Positions 21,093 to 31,827 of a stretch of DNA of 64,000 nucleotides are shown piece by piece. The stretch covers positions 1 through 64,000 of the forward strand of contig CAWHEP010000007.1 of NCBI GenBank assembly GCA_963828525.1. The letters are read 5' to 3'. Position numbers and translations under genes: made by a program. Position 1 is the first letter of the stretch, and the number at the start of each line of letters is the position of its first letter. Under the pieces are notes generated by a model. The model was not told the origin of the DNA. It worked only from the letters and a program-made list of their open reading frames with translations, and did no database searches. The stretch comes from an uncultured Verrucomicrobiae bacterium (GTDB lineage Bacteria > Verrucomicrobiota > Verrucomicrobiia > Chthoniobacterales > Chthoniobacteraceae).

Positions 21093-21575
21093 ATGTGGAT
21101 ATTATGCGTCCTGCTGGCCGTTGCCGGGTTTGCCGCTCATGCAACGGCAAAGCAAAGGCTGAAGTTGAAGCATTCCCGGTTTGCTCAGCGCGATTCGATG
21201 CCCCTTGAATTGATCGCAGCGACTTACTATCCGACGTTCAACAAAGACGAAGTTAAACGAGTATGGGCGTTAGTTGGAAAGACCTTGGCCTTGGATGCAA
21301 AGACGCTCAGACCAACGGACAGGTTCGCGAACGAGTTGGCTCCGGTTAAAGGGTTCCTTACCGAGGATGAACTCGTTGACTTGGAGGACGTCCTCAAACA
21401 GCACTGCCGCCGACATCAAATCTCTCGTGGAGGCATCTGGTTGGAGGACGGTGCTTTGCGCGATTGCCGTTTCCATTTCAACGTGGCCATGTGGCCGCTC
21501 ACTTCATCCTGGATGTTTAGCGATATAGAGAGACTCATAGGAAAAAGAGGTTGCGACCCGCCGCGCACATATTAA
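21093..21575 (+). CDS. Hypothetical protein with N-terminal TM (3' end uncertain)
   Basis: MWILCVLLAVAGFAA then LRPTDRFANEL helical domain. Confidence 0.5.
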   Translation: MWILCVLLAVAGFAAHATAKQRLKLKHSRFAQRDSMPLELIAATYYPTFNKDEVKRVWALVGKTLALDAKTLRPTDRFANELAPVKGFLTEDELVDLEDVLKQHCRRHQISRGGIWLEDGALRDCRFHFNVAMWPLTSSWMFSDIERLIGKRGCDPPRTY

Positions 21576-22144
21576 GCTCAATGCGAACCCAAAGAGTGCT
21601 GACAGCGGCTATACTCTCTGGGCGCCACGTGAGAGGCTGCTCATCTCCAACGTGGTTCTTCTTCCTAATACGCGGCATCTCGGTTCCTAAGAAGCTGGAA
21701 ACATTAGATCAGTTCATGCCTCTCATGTTAGGCCAAATCGATTTGATGGGAAAACAGCTCCCAGCCGACAAATCGTGAAGGATGGCGTTCTTTGTCCCCG
21801 GTCCTGGGCTTTCGTTCAATTTGGGCTTAAGTCATGTTCAAGCAACCCCATGCCGGCCGTGCGCTGCCGGCACGGCGACCCTTGATTTCTTCGATTGCCC
21901 GGAGATGTCCTGTTGCAGGGTGGTGGGAAGGCCGACTCCGAGCGCATAAACGCCGTCGCTTGGCGAGAAAGTTCGGACTCGTAACGATCCTTCCCCGCCA
22001 GACTCTCGGTATCTCGCCCACCCGCCGCAGTTCCTTCCGCCTTATCTGAGGTCTTTGCGCGTATAAGCCTCGCGGCCCGGGCGCATGCTCACCCCAAAAA
22101 AACCCATTTGCCAATCCCCAATTCCCGGCTACCTTCCTCCTCCC

Positions 22145-22354
22145 ATGCCAAAATCGATAGCACGACGTAAGACGAAAAAAGCCGTGGCCAAGCGCTTCAA
22201 AGTGACTGGCACCGGCAAGGTGTTGTATCGCCATGCTTCGAAGCGGCATTTGCTGGCCTCCAAATCTTCCAAGAAGAAGCGCCAGCTTGGGAAAGTGGGC
22301 GTGGTTCATTCGACCGATGTCGCCCGCATCAAGGAAAATCTCCCTTTCGGATAG
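22145..22354 (+). CDS. rpmI: 50S ribosomal protein L35
   Basis: KTKKAVAKRFKVTGTGKV...RHLLASKS. Confidence 0.97.
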   Translation: MPKSIARRKTKKAVAKRFKVTGTGKVLYRHASKRHLLASKSSKKKRQLGKVGVVHSTDVARIKENLPFG

Positions 22355-22491
22355 GGAGACGCTCTGCCCACCTGCCGGTGCCTCCGTTCGAATGCGGAGA
22401 GCCTGGCGCTCAGCGAGTGAGGTCGGGGAGATCGATATTTAAACAAACGACTCGCTGAATGAAAGGGTCCGGGTAATCCGGACACAATAGT

Positions 22492-22869
22492 ATGCCAAGG
22501 GCCACAAATGCTCCCGCCAGCCGCGAACGGCGCAAGCGGGTTTTAGACAAAACAAAGGGCTTCCGCGGACGCAGATCAAAGCTGTACCGCTACGCCAAGG
22601 ACGCCTTGATGAAGGGCCAGTATTGGTCCTACCGCGACAGAAAGAACCGGAAGCGCACTTTCCGTTACCTCTGGATTCAGCGAATCAACGCCGCTTGCCG
22701 CTCCCACGGAATCACCTACAGCCGGTTCATGGAAGGTCTCACCTCCCTCGGCCTCGGTCTCGACCGCAAAATCCTCGCAGATCTCGTCGTCACCGATGAA
22801 GCCGCTTTCAAGACCATCCTGGATCGCGCCGTCGCCGCGCTCAAGGAAAAGTCCCAGAAAGCCGCCTGA
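22492..22869 (+). CDS. rplT: 50S ribosomal protein L20
   Basis: YRDRKNRKRTFRYLWIQRINAA, LDRKILADL. Confidence 0.98.
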   Translation: MPRATNAPASRERRKRVLDKTKGFRGRRSKLYRYAKDALMKGQYWSYRDRKNRKRTFRYLWIQRINAACRSHGITYSRFMEGLTSLGLGLDRKILADLVVTDEAAFKTILDRAVAALKEKSQKAA

Positions 22870-22971
22870 CGCGCCGGGACTGCGGGCGCTTTTAGCGGGG
22901 ATTCTACGCGGTAGCTGGGGCCTGGCCTCAGTGCGCTTCTTCGCGCCTTGTTTTAATCCTTCTTTTTTACG

Positions 22972-23989
22972 ATGCCGGACGAACTGGAGACCCTCGGGGT
23001 TGAGGCCCTCGCCGAACTGGCGCGGGCCGGTACGGAGACTGATGTAGAAGCCGTTCGGGTAAAATACTTGGGCCGCGCCGGCAGCATCTCGGTCTGGGGC
23101 GAGCGCATGAAAGGACTGGGCAAGGAGGACCGCCCGCGTGTCGGCAGATTGCTGAATGAGACGCGCAACGCGGTCGCTGCGGCCATTGAAGCCCGCCGAG
23201 CCTCTCTTGAAGGCGAGAAGGACGCCGGTGCTCTTGCTGGACTCGACTTCTCCCTGCCGGGCACCCCTGTGCCGGCCGGCGCGCTCCATCCCATCACCCA
23301 ATTGCGGGACAGGGCCGTTTCCATCTTTCGCCGGATGGGCTTCGCCCTCGCGGATGGCCCCGACATCGAGACCGAGTGGCACTGCTTTGATGCCTTGAAC
23401 ACGCCTCCCGATCACCCGGCCCGCAACGAGCAGGACACCTTTTACCTGCCGGATGGCCGTCTCTTGCGCACCCACACATCCTCCGTGCAAATCCGCGCGA
23501 TGGAGACAACCCCGCCGCCCGTCCGCATCATCGCGCCGGGAGCCGCATATCGCCGCGACGAGATCGACGCGACGCACCTGGCGCAGTTTAACCAGATGGA
23601 AGGTCTCTGTGTGGATCGCGACATTAGCGTGGCCGATCTAAAGGGAACCATCGAATTTTTCTTTCGGGAACTGCTCGGCGGCAGCGCCAAGTGCCGATTC
23701 CGTCCTCACTTCTTCCCTTTTACCGAGCCGAGCTTCGAGATCGACATCCGGGCCGAGGCCCTCGGCGCGGGTCGGCAAATGGCTGGAAATTGCCGGCTGC
23801 GGCATGGTCGATCCCGCCGTCTTCCAGAACGTGAACGACCGTCGCGGCGACGTTGCTTACGACCCCGCGGAGTTTTCCGGGTTCGCCTTTGGCTTCGGCC
23901 TGGACCGGCTCGCGATGATCCTCTCCGGTGTCACAGACATCCGCGCTTTTATAGAAAACGACGTGCGGTTCCTCTCTCAATTCCGATGA
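22972..23989 (+). CDS. pheS: Phenylalanine-tRNA ligase alpha subunit (frameshift near 23770)
   Basis: [27 protein letters not shown], then shifted [12 protein letters not shown]...[13 protein letters not shown]; stop overlaps the pheT ATG. Confidence 0.95.
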
Positions 23990-26334
23990 AAGTCTCTCTG
24001 AACTGGCTCCGGGAGTTCGTCGCCATCCCTGCGGACGTCGCCGCTTTGTCAGACCTGCTCACGCGCGCCGGAGTCGAGGTCGAAGGCATTGAGCAAAAAG
24101 GGGTTGCCCTGCAAAACGTCGTGGTGGCTCAGATTCTCGAGTCCAAACAGCACCCAAACGCGGATCGCTTGAGCGTTTGCCAGGTGAACGACGGAAGCGC
24201 CTTGCCGCGCCAGATCGTCTGCGGGGCGAAGAACTACAGGGTAGGGGACAAAGTGCCGCTCGCCCTTCCTGGCGCTGTGCTCCCGGGCGAGTTCAAGATC
24301 AAGGCCAGCAAACTCCGTGGCGTGGACTCAGAGGGCATGCTTTGCAGCGCGCGAGAGCTCTCGCTGACGAGCGATGACGACGGCCTGCTCATACTTCCCG
24401 CCGATGCCACTGTGGGCCGGCCCCTCGCCGAACTCTACCCGGCGGACACCGTCCTTGATCTGGAAATAACTCCGAACCGCCCTGACCTCCTGAGCCATGC
24501 CGGCATGGCTCGCGAGATCGCCGCGCTTACCGCGACCTCATGGAGCGACTCCATCCCGCTCGCGCCGGACGTTCCGCCGACCTCCGCCGGTGTCGAGATA
24601 AGCGTTCCCGCGCTCTGCCCTTTCTATTCAGCCTGGCGCGTCTCAGGCGCGCGTGTCGCGGACAGCCCGGAGTGGATGCGGAGGAAACTCGAAGCCATCG
24701 GCCTTCGCTCGATCAATAATATCGTGGACATCACGAACTTTGTGATGATGGAGACCGGCCAGCCTCTCCACGCCTTCGACGCTGCCAAGGTGGAGGGCGC
24801 GATCCGTGTGCGCTTTGCCACCGAGGGGGAGAGTTTCCTCGCTCTGGATGGTCGGGAGCGGTCTTTGGACGCGCGCGACCTTGTCATTGCCGACTCCCAG
24901 CGGGTGCTCGCCCTGGCTGGGGTGATGGGCGGCCAGGAGAGCGGCGTTTCCTCATCCACCACCGAGGTCATCCTGGAAGCCGCCATTTTTGACCCCGCCT
25001 CTGTCCGTCGCACTGCCCGCCGTCTGGCGCTTGGCAGTGACTCCAGCTACCGGTTTGAGCGCGGTGTCGATCCCGCTCGTGTGCTGCCTGCCGCCCGCCG
25101 CGCCGTCGAACTGATCTGCGAGGTCGCTGGCGGTTCAGTTGGCGTTCTCTCTACCGCCGGGGTCGCGTGGAGCGAATCCTCACGCCCACGGGTTGCGCTT
25201 CGTTATCAACGCTGCAATCAGGTTTTGGGCACCTCGCTGGTAGCGCCCAGGGTGGATGCGATCCTCGCGGGGTTTGGTCTCTCGATCAGCGCGAGAGAAG
25301 CGGATTCCACGACTTGGATCATCCCGCCTTGGCGGCATGATCTTCCCCGTGAGATCGACTTGATCGAGGAAGTGATGCGGGTTGTTGGCATGGATTCAAT
25401 TCCGCCGAAATGCTCCGCGCGATACGCTCCAGGCAGCCTCGCCGATCTCTCTTACGACCGCGAAACCGCGCTGCGCCAAAACCTTGCCGGACAGGGCTTT
25501 TTCGAAACGCGCTCGCTATCGCTGGTCTCCGCCAAAGCCGCGCAAGCCTTCGGCCTGGAAGCGCAGCCGCTTCGCAACCCCCTCAATGAGGAGCAGACCC
25601 TCTTGCGTCCCAGTCTGCTGCCAGGTCTGACGCGCGTCGCCGAATCGAACGCGCGCCTTGGCACAAAGGACTTGCGTCTGTTTGAAGTAGGACGCGTATT
25701 CGTTGGCGGCGGCGAACAGACCAACCTCGGTATCCTCCTCACCGGTGCAGTCGCCGCCCGTTCATGGCGCGAGCCGCGCCCTCGCGCCGCGGACTTGTTT
25801 GATCTCAAAGGCGCGCTTTCGGCCTTAGGACTCGGAGCCATTTCCTTTCAGGCAGCCGACAACCCGGCGTTCGCCCTGTCGCTCACTCTTTCCCTGAATG
25901 GGGAGCCTGTTGGCCTTGCGGGCGTCCTTTGGCCCGCGTTCGGACGCGACATCGGTTTCGCTTCGCCCATCTTGGTTGCCGAGATCAATCTCTCCGCGTG
26001 CCCCCTGCCAGTTCGCGGCGCGAAAACGTCTGATGTCGCGCTCTACCCCGGCGTCTCCAGGGACATCGCCCTGCTTGCGCCTCTGGAAATTCCTCACGCC
26101 CGCATCCAGGAGGTGATCGACAGTGCCCGTGAACCCCTGCTGGAGCGCGTTGAACTGTTTGATCTCTTCAATGACCCCACCGGCGAGAAGCTCCCTCTCG
26201 ACCGAAAGTCTCTCGCATATTCGTTGACTTATCGTTCTCCCAATCGGACATTAACCAGTGAAGAGGTCAACGCGGCCCACGCGCGTTTAAAGGACCGCCT
26301 GAAGAGTGAACTTGAGGTTCAGTTCAGGGAGTAA
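23986..26334 (+). CDS. pheT: Phenylalanine-tRNA ligase beta subunit
   Basis: [44 protein letters not shown]-terminal FDX-ACB domain. Confidence 0.97.
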   Translation: MKVSLNWLREFVAIPADVAALSDLLTRAGVEVEGIEQKGVALQNVVVAQILESKQHPNADRLSVCQVNDGSALPRQIVCGAKNYRVGDKVPLALPGAVLPGEFKIKASKLRGVDSEGMLCSARELSLTSDDDGLLILPADATVGRPLAELYPADTVLDLEITPNRPDLLSHAGMAREIAALTATSWSDSIPLAPDVPPTSAGVEISVPALCPFYSAWRVSGARVADSPEWMRRKLEAIGLRSINNIVDITNFVMMETGQPLHAFDAAKVEGAIRVRFATEGESFLALDGRERSLDARDLVIADSQRVLALAGVMGGQESGVSSSTTEVILEAAIFDPASVRRTARRLALGSDSSYRFERGVDPARVLPAARRAVELICEVAGGSVGVLSTAGVAWSESSRPRVALRYQRCNQVLGTSLVAPRVDAILAGFGLSISAREADSTTWIIPPWRHDLPREIDLIEEVMRVVGMDSIPPKCSARYAPGSLADLSYDRETALRQNLAGQGFFETRSLSLVSAKAAQAFGLEAQPLRNPLNEEQTLLRPSLLPGLTRVAESNARLGTKDLRLFEVGRVFVGGGEQTNLGILLTGAVAARSWREPRPRAADLFDLKGALSALGLGAISFQAADNPAFALSLTLSLNGEPVGLAGVLWPAFGRDIGFASPILVAEINLSACPLPVRGAKTSDVALYPGVSRDIALLAPLEIPHARIQEVIDSAREPLLERVELFDLFNDPTGEKLPLDRKSLAYSLTYRSPNRTLTSEEVNAAHARLKDRLKSELEVQFRE

Positions 26335-26382
26335 CCGATCTTTGATTATTTTTGGATTTTCTCCCGAAAGCGGGAGTGTGAA

Positions 26383-26564
26383 TTACCCTGCGTTGTTCGC
26401 GATACAAGGCGAAACTTCCCGGACCGATATTGAATAATTAGTAGGAGGCTGGGTTTAATGAGTGGGATGACATGCCTTCGTTGGAAGTCAGAACCTCGTT
26501 GACGGTCGTCCGCCCGTTACCATGAGGGAACGGGAAACTCGCCTGAACGGCAAAAGCGGGGTAA
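26383..26564 (+). ncRNA. ssrS: 6S RNA
   Basis: 182 nt; 5' TTACCCTGC-GTTGTTC-GCGA pairs with 3' TCGC-GAACGGC-GCGGGGTAA; inner arms also pair (TTCCCG/CGGGAA, TAATGAG/CTCGTTG); position after pheT fits known ssrS contexts. Confidence 0.8.
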
Positions 26565-26622
26565 AAAAGGCATTTTGGAACATTGATCGCTGTGATCTGA
26601 CCAGAATGCCTTTTTTGTTTTT
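26563..26622 (+). terminator. Intrinsic terminator after 6S RNA
   Basis: AAAAAAGGCATTTTGG...CCAGAATGCCTTTTTTGTTTTT hairpin with T-tract. Confidence 0.75.
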
Positions 26623-26725
26623 TCCGCCCTCCGCCGCTCATATTCGGGCTCGCTTTGTGCTCAGGAATCCAGCGGCGGATTATTCCTTGCCACGCTTGGT
26701 CTCACCCCGTAAAACAACTCGCGCC

Positions 26726-27043
26726 ATGGTTCACCACATCCTCCTTTTCAAGCTCAAGCCCGAGGTCACGCCTCAGAAACTGGAGCAAATGCTGCTGAGT
26801 ACCAGGATGACTCTTCTGAAGATCCCGGAGGTTCTAAGTATCAAATGCGGCAAGGGCATCGATCCCGCCTCCGAGTGGCCTTTCTTCATCGCCCTCGACT
26901 TCGAATCCACGGATAAGATGGCCGACTACATGGAGGATCCTCTCCACATGAAATACGTCGCGGAAATCATCAATCCGCACACCACCGAGCGTCTTGCCCT
27001 CGACTACGAGACCGACCCCGGCAAAGACGTCGCGTTTTCCTGA
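26726..27043 (+). CDS. Dabb family stress-responsive A/B barrel protein
   Basis: MVHHILLFKLKPEVT...YMEDPLH...LALDY. Confidence 0.88.
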   Translation: MVHHILLFKLKPEVTPQKLEQMLLSTRMTLLKIPEVLSIKCGKGIDPASEWPFFIALDFESTDKMADYMEDPLHMKYVAEIINPHTTERLALDYETDPGKDVAFS

Positions 27044-27104
27044 TCGGGAGCGCTACAGCTGGCGCGCCTCCGCTGCGGACGCGGCTCGGTCAATGCCGCG
27101 CCTC

Positions 27105-28550
27105 TCAGACCTTGGCGCTTCCGCCCAGAACCCACTCGTAAACTTTTTCATACCCCACCGCTGCGGCTTCCCACGAGAAGTCGCTCCCCATCGCGCGGCT
27201 GGTGAGCGCTTCCCAGGCCCTGACATCCGCGAACGCCTTCTTGGCCCTCACAATCGCGTCCCACAGCGCCTCGGGCGACGCGTCGAAATAGAGGAAACCG
27301 TTCCCTTCTCCGGTCGTCGGGTCACAGTCCCGCACGATCTGGTGGATGCCGCCCGCCGCCGCTGCCAGTGGGATAGCGCCATACTTTAGGCTGTAAATCG
27401 CTGTTAGGCCGCTGGGTTCGATTCGTGAAGGCATCAACGTGATGTCAGAACCCGCGTATACCCTCCGCGCGCGGCTCTCGTCCGATTCACGGACCATCGC
27501 GAATCGATCTTTGTATCGCTTGCTCGCGATCAGCCACTCCCGCTCGTGGGTCATCTCGCCTTCCGCCAGCAGGATGAGGCGGACATCGTCAGCCAGCAGG
27601 CGATCCACCAGAGGCAACAGCGCGTCCAGTCCTTTCTGGTCTCCCGCGCCGGACGTCATTGAAAAGATCGGCCCTCGCGGCTTCTCCCGGAGCGCGTATT
27701 CTCGCAGCAACGCTTCCCGGCAACCGTATTTGCCCGTCAGATCACCGGGAGAAAAGTTCTTCGTGATGTGCCGGTCCGTAGCCGGGTCCCACGCGCTGTA
27801 GTCCGCGCCATTCAGGATGCCGGTCATGCGGCCCGCGTTCTCCCGCATCACCTTGTCGAGCCCGCAACCGTATTCCGAGGTTTGGATATCGCGGGCGTAC
27901 CGCTCGCTCACCGTCGTGATCGCGTCCGCGTAAAGGATTCCGCCTTTGAGGAAATTGAGCTTGCCAAAAAACTCGACGCCACCCGCCGAAAAGTAAGATC
28001 CCGGCAGGTTTGTCAGGCTGAAGTCCACTCCCCAGAAGCTTCCCTGGAAAGCGACATTATGCAGCGTCAGCACCGTCTTGAAAGGCAGCCCATGATCCCG
28101 CGCGAATACCGGAGCCAGCGCTGCCTGCCAATCGTGGGAATGGATGATTTCCGGCGCGGGCGTGATCCTGGCCGCCAGCTCGATCACCGCCTTGGTGAAG
28201 TAGATAAAGCGCTCCGCGTTGTCATCATAAGCGCGCCCATCTGCCCCATAAAGCCCCGAGCGATCAAAGTATTCGTCCCGCCGCACGAGGAACACCTGGA
28301 CGCCGTTCGGAGCCACGCACTCCATGATCTCCGCGTCCAGCTTCTTGGCGCCCACCTGTATGCTCACCTCCACCCCGGTCGTTCTCACCTTCAGCGAGCG
28401 GTTCTCGCGTATGCTCCTGTAGTATGGCAGCACCACGCTTACCTCGTGCCCGTGCCTTTGCAGTTCCGCCGGGAGCGCTTCCAGCACATCTCCAAGGCCG
28501 CCCGTCCGCGCCAGCGGCGTCATCTCGCTGCTCGCCATCAAGATCTTCAT
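27105..28550 (-). CDS. glgA: Glycogen synthase (GT5), divergent
   Basis: RTGGLGDV, HSHDWQ, TLHNVAFQG, GILNGADY, PSRIEPSGL. Confidence 0.85.
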   Translation of the reverse strand: MKILMASSEMTPLARTGGLGDVLEALPAELQRHGHEVSVVLPYYRSIRENRSLKVRTTGVEVSIQVGAKKLDAEIMECVAPNGVQVFLVRRDEYFDRSGLYGADGRAYDDNAERFIYFTKAVIELAARITPAPEIIHSHDWQAALAPVFARDHGLPFKTVLTLHNVAFQGSFWGVDFSLTNLPGSYFSAGGVEFFGKLNFLKGGILYADAITTVSERYARDIQTSEYGCGLDKVMRENAGRMTGILNGADYSAWDPATDRHITKNFSPGDLTGKYGCREALLREYALREKPRGPIFSMTSGAGDQKGLDALLPLVDRLLADDVRLILLAEGEMTHEREWLIASKRYKDRFAMVRESDESRARRVYAGSDITLMPSRIEPSGLTAIYSLKYGAIPLAAAAGGIHQIVRDCDPTTGEGNGFLYFDASPEALWDAIVRAKKAFADVRAWEALTSRAMGSDFSWEAAAVGYEKVYEWVLGGSAKV

Positions 28551-28622
28551 CCAACCTGCTTTATCCCAACTCCAGCCCCTTCGCCACGAAATTCCGGGTT
28601 TGCCGAGTTTAACAAATCCCAC

Positions 28623-28650
28623 TTGTCAAAGCGGGCCGCATTGCTAAAGT
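28623..28650 (+). promoter_or_regulatory. Putative sigma70 promoter for the PTS IIA-argS genes
   Basis: TTGTCA-16 nt-TAAAGT with extended TG, 23 bp before ATG 28674. Confidence 0.45.
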
Positions 28651-28673
28651 CGCCAACGCCGCAAGGCAAGCGA

Positions 28674-29148
28674 ATGACGTTGGGTAATTTATTGACGGTA
28701 AACCAGATCGTCCCGGAGATGAAAGCCGCCGAGCGGTGGTCAGCTATCGTGGAGTTGATCGATGTCCTTGTCCGCCTGGGACCACGTAAAACCTCAGGAT
28801 CGCGAGGTCGTCCTCCAGGCCCTTCGCGCCCGCGAGGAGACCATGAGCACGGGCATCGGCTTTGGCATTGCCATCCCCCACGCCTCTTCAGATCGCGTGT
28901 CCGAGGTCGTCGCCGCATTCGGCAGATCAACCAGCGGCATCGAGTTCGATTCCCTCGATAACGCTCCCGTTAAATTCATCGTCCTTTTCATAGTGCCGAA
29001 AGATCAGTTTCAGACCCATCTCCGCACCTTGGCGGCGATTGCAAAGTTCTTGAACGACAGAAATGTCCGGGAGCGTCTCGCCTCCGCGGGCACCGCCGAG
29101 GACATCCTGTCCATCTTCAAGGATTCCGTCCCAGCCACTCCCAAATGA
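28674..29148 (+). CDS. PTS IIA-like protein, PtsN/fructose type (frameshift near 28778)
   Basis: MTLGNLL... then REETMSTGIGFGIAIPHA, GIEFDSLDNAPV, HLRTLAAIA. Confidence 0.88.
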
Positions 29149-29208
29149 AGCGGGTCGCGGCGGAATGCCGCGCCTGATCCAGGTCTCGCGGAGACCGCAT
29201 CATTCTGC

Positions 29209-30930
29209 ATGAAGACGCTGCGCGCCCTCCTCGAGGAAAAGCTGGCAACCGCTCTCGACGGCTATGCCGCCGTCCCTCCCGGCGTCTCCATATCCGCTGA
29301 ACCGCGCTTCGGGGACTACCAGTCCAACGCCGCCATGGTGGCCGCCCGCCCGCTGAAGATGAACCCGCGAGCCGTCGCGGCTGAAATCATTTCCCGGCTC
29401 GATGTCACGGACATCTGCGATCCGCCGGAAATCGCGGGAGCCGGGTTCATAAACTTCCGGTTCCGCGCCGATTTCCTCTCCGCGCGTTTGTCCGCCCTCG
29501 TTTCTGATCCCCGTCTCGGCGTTCCCGCCACAGCCCAGCCGCGCAGGATATTGATCGATTTTAGCAGCCCGAACATCGCGAAGCCGATGCATGTCGGCCA
29601 CATCCGCAGCACCATCCTGGGAGATGCGCTCGCAAGAACCGCCCGATTCTTGGGTCACGATGTCATCACCGATAACCACGTCGGCGACTGGGGCACCCAG
29701 TTTGGCAAGATAATCTACGGCCTTAAACACTTCCGGGACGACGCCGCGTTGGAAACCAGCCCGGTTGAGGAACTGGTGCGTCTCTACCGCCTCGTCGATG
29801 GGGCAGCCGCTACGGACGAAACAGTGCTCCAGGCTTGCCGGGAGGAGCTCGTGAAGTTGCAGCAGGGCGATGCTGAAAACCTCGCTTGGTGGAAACGCGC
29901 GGTCGAGTGGTCGCGCCATTCCTTCGAAGAGATTTACGGGCTTTTGGATATCCAGTTCGACTATTGGATCGGTGAAAGCTCCTATAACGACGCCTTGCAG
30001 CCTCTCGTCGAGCGCCTCCTCGCCAGCGATACCGCGCAGGTCAGCCAGGGCGCGGTCTGCATCTTCTTCCCGGACGACCCCGCCCTTAAGGAAGATCCGT
30101 GCCTCATTCGCAAAAGTGATGGCGGCTTTCTCTATGCCACCACCGATCTCGCCACCATCGAATACCGAGTTTCCCGCCTGGATCGCGATACGCTCTGGTA
30201 TGTGGTCGGCGCTCCGCAGCAACTCCATTTCAAGCAGATTTTTGCCGCCGCGAAACGCATGGGCGTTCACTGCGATCTCCACCACATAGCCTTTGGCAGC
30301 ATTCTGGGCGAAGACCGCAAGCTCATGAAAACGCGCTCTGGCGATAACGTTCCATTGCGCGATCTGCTCAACGAATCTCTCGAACGCGCCCGCGTCATCA
30401 TCGATGAAAAACAGACGGAGCTTTCAGCGGACGAGAAACGGGACATCACCCGAATCATAGGCCTGGGAGCCGTGAAGTACGCTGAACTCTCCCAGCATCG
30501 GATGACGGATTACATCTTCTCCTGGAACAAGATGCTCTCATTCCAGGGCAACACCGCTCCCTACCTGCAAAACGCTTACGTGCGCATACGCTCCATATTC
30601 CGGAAGCTTGAACAGCTCCGTCCGACCTCTCAGCCGGACAGCGCCGCTCAATCGTATGCTCTTGTCGAGCCAGCGGAATTGGCGCTCGCCAAAAAGCTCT
30701 TCCAGTTCGGCGAGGTCGTGCCGCAGGTGCTGGATGATTTTCGGCCAAACATCTTGGCCAACGCGCTCTATGAACTGGCGAACACCTTCCACGCTTTCTA
30801 CGAAGAGTGCCCCGTTTTAAAGGCTGAGGGCATTTCCCAAAGCACACGCCTTGCCCTCTGCGATCTCACCGCGCGCGTCCTCAAGCTCGGCTTGGGCCTG
30901 CTAGGCATAGGCGCGCCGGAGAAGATGTAA
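29209..30930 (+). CDS. argS: Arginine-tRNA ligase
   Basis: FGDYQSN, SSPNIAKPMHVGHIRS, GDWGTQFG, MKTRSG, GNTAPYLQ. Confidence 0.98.
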   Translation: MKTLRALLEEKLATALDGYAAVPPGVSISAEPRFGDYQSNAAMVAARPLKMNPRAVAAEIISRLDVTDICDPPEIAGAGFINFRFRADFLSARLSALVSDPRLGVPATAQPRRILIDFSSPNIAKPMHVGHIRSTILGDALARTARFLGHDVITDNHVGDWGTQFGKIIYGLKHFRDDAALETSPVEELVRLYRLVDGAAATDETVLQACREELVKLQQGDAENLAWWKRAVEWSRHSFEEIYGLLDIQFDYWIGESSYNDALQPLVERLLASDTAQVSQGAVCIFFPDDPALKEDPCLIRKSDGGFLYATTDLATIEYRVSRLDRDTLWYVVGAPQQLHFKQIFAAAKRMGVHCDLHHIAFGSILGEDRKLMKTRSGDNVPLRDLLNESLERARVIIDEKQTELSADEKRDITRIIGLGAVKYAELSQHRMTDYIFSWNKMLSFQGNTAPYLQNAYVRIRSIFRKLEQLRPTSQPDSAAQSYALVEPAELALAKKLFQFGEVVPQVLDDFRPNILANALYELANTFHAFYEECPVLKAEGISQSTRLALCDLTARVLKLGLGLLGIGAPEKM

Positions 30931-31025
30931 AGCAGGCGTAATGAAGAGCGGGCTGTTTTAGCAATTGGCGGATAGGCGAGGGAGCGTCTAAGGTACCAAG
31001 ACTCATCCAACTGAGGCCTGATTCA

Positions 31026-31827
31026 ATGGCTAGCCTTAAAATCAGACTAAAACTAAACGAAGGTCGCGTCGGTATCCCGCTGGAAAAACTCGCGGCTATT
31101 GCCAAGGATACGAAGGTATTTTTGTCCATGCTGGCCTCGGATATAGGACTGCCTTCTGAGGACCTGGATAGCGTGTAACTTCAAAGATGGCTCGGTGATG
31201 TTTGATTGCGAGCGACTTTCCGTCGATGCGCAAACCGAGCAAAAGGGGCGCCGCGCTTTACGAGCCGTGTTCGCTGGCGATTTCGACGCTGAAATAGCTA
31301 CTCTCATCCGCCCATCTACTCGGCGTCAGTATGGCGAAATCGGCAAGCAAATAGACCCGGATGAGGTTATCCGCTTTGGGCTTTATGTGAATGGAGAAGC
31401 TGAGCCGCGTGATTGGTTTGCCTTAACCCCTGAACTGGCGGAAGAAATCCACGAAGAAAACGCCCGAAAGGCGAATTATTACGGAGAGGTTCAAGGCATC
31501 GTTCATGCCTTTTTCAAAGAAACCAAGAAGCCAAAACTTGTTCTCCGGGAGCTGTCGAGCCGCGCTCTCATCGACTGCTACTTCAAGCAAGAGATGTATC
31601 ACGCGGTAGTGGACACGATGGAAGAACCGGGGGCGGTAATCTTCGTCGAGGGCAACGTAACCGAAGATTTAGCCAAAGGTGTCGTGGAATGTATCGACGC
31701 AACCGAGTTCCGCCCCGCGCCAGATTTCTCCTTGGCGTTTTACGAATCGTTCATCGGTAGTAAGCCGGATATTACTGGCTCCCTCTCGACCGAGGAATTT
31801 GTAGAACGGGTAAGAGACGATGGCTGA
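31026..31827 (+). CDS. Hypothetical ~266-aa protein, partner of the downstream PIN gene (frameshift near 31160)
   Basis: MASLKIRLKLNEGRVGIPLEKLA... joins WIACNFKDGSVMFDCE of ORF 31195..31827; ends PDITGSLSTEEFVERVRDDG; overlaps the next ATG. Confidence 0.7.

Noticed and set aside
22972..26334. Apparent 1120-aa PheS-PheT fusion
   Set aside because: The PheS C-terminus is in another frame (23804..23989) and pheT has its own ATG with an ATGA overlap; one indel near 23770 explains it
26522..26725. N-terminal extension of the Dabb ORF and ORF 26438..26641
   Set aside because: They overlap the 6S RNA and its terminator; the Dabb domain starts at 26726
27768..30285. Long antisense ORFs (27768..28961, 29200..30285 and similar elsewhere)
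   Set aside because: Mostly shadow frames of GC-rich real genes with no independent motifs; only the tail of 27768..28961 is the real PTS IIA N-terminus
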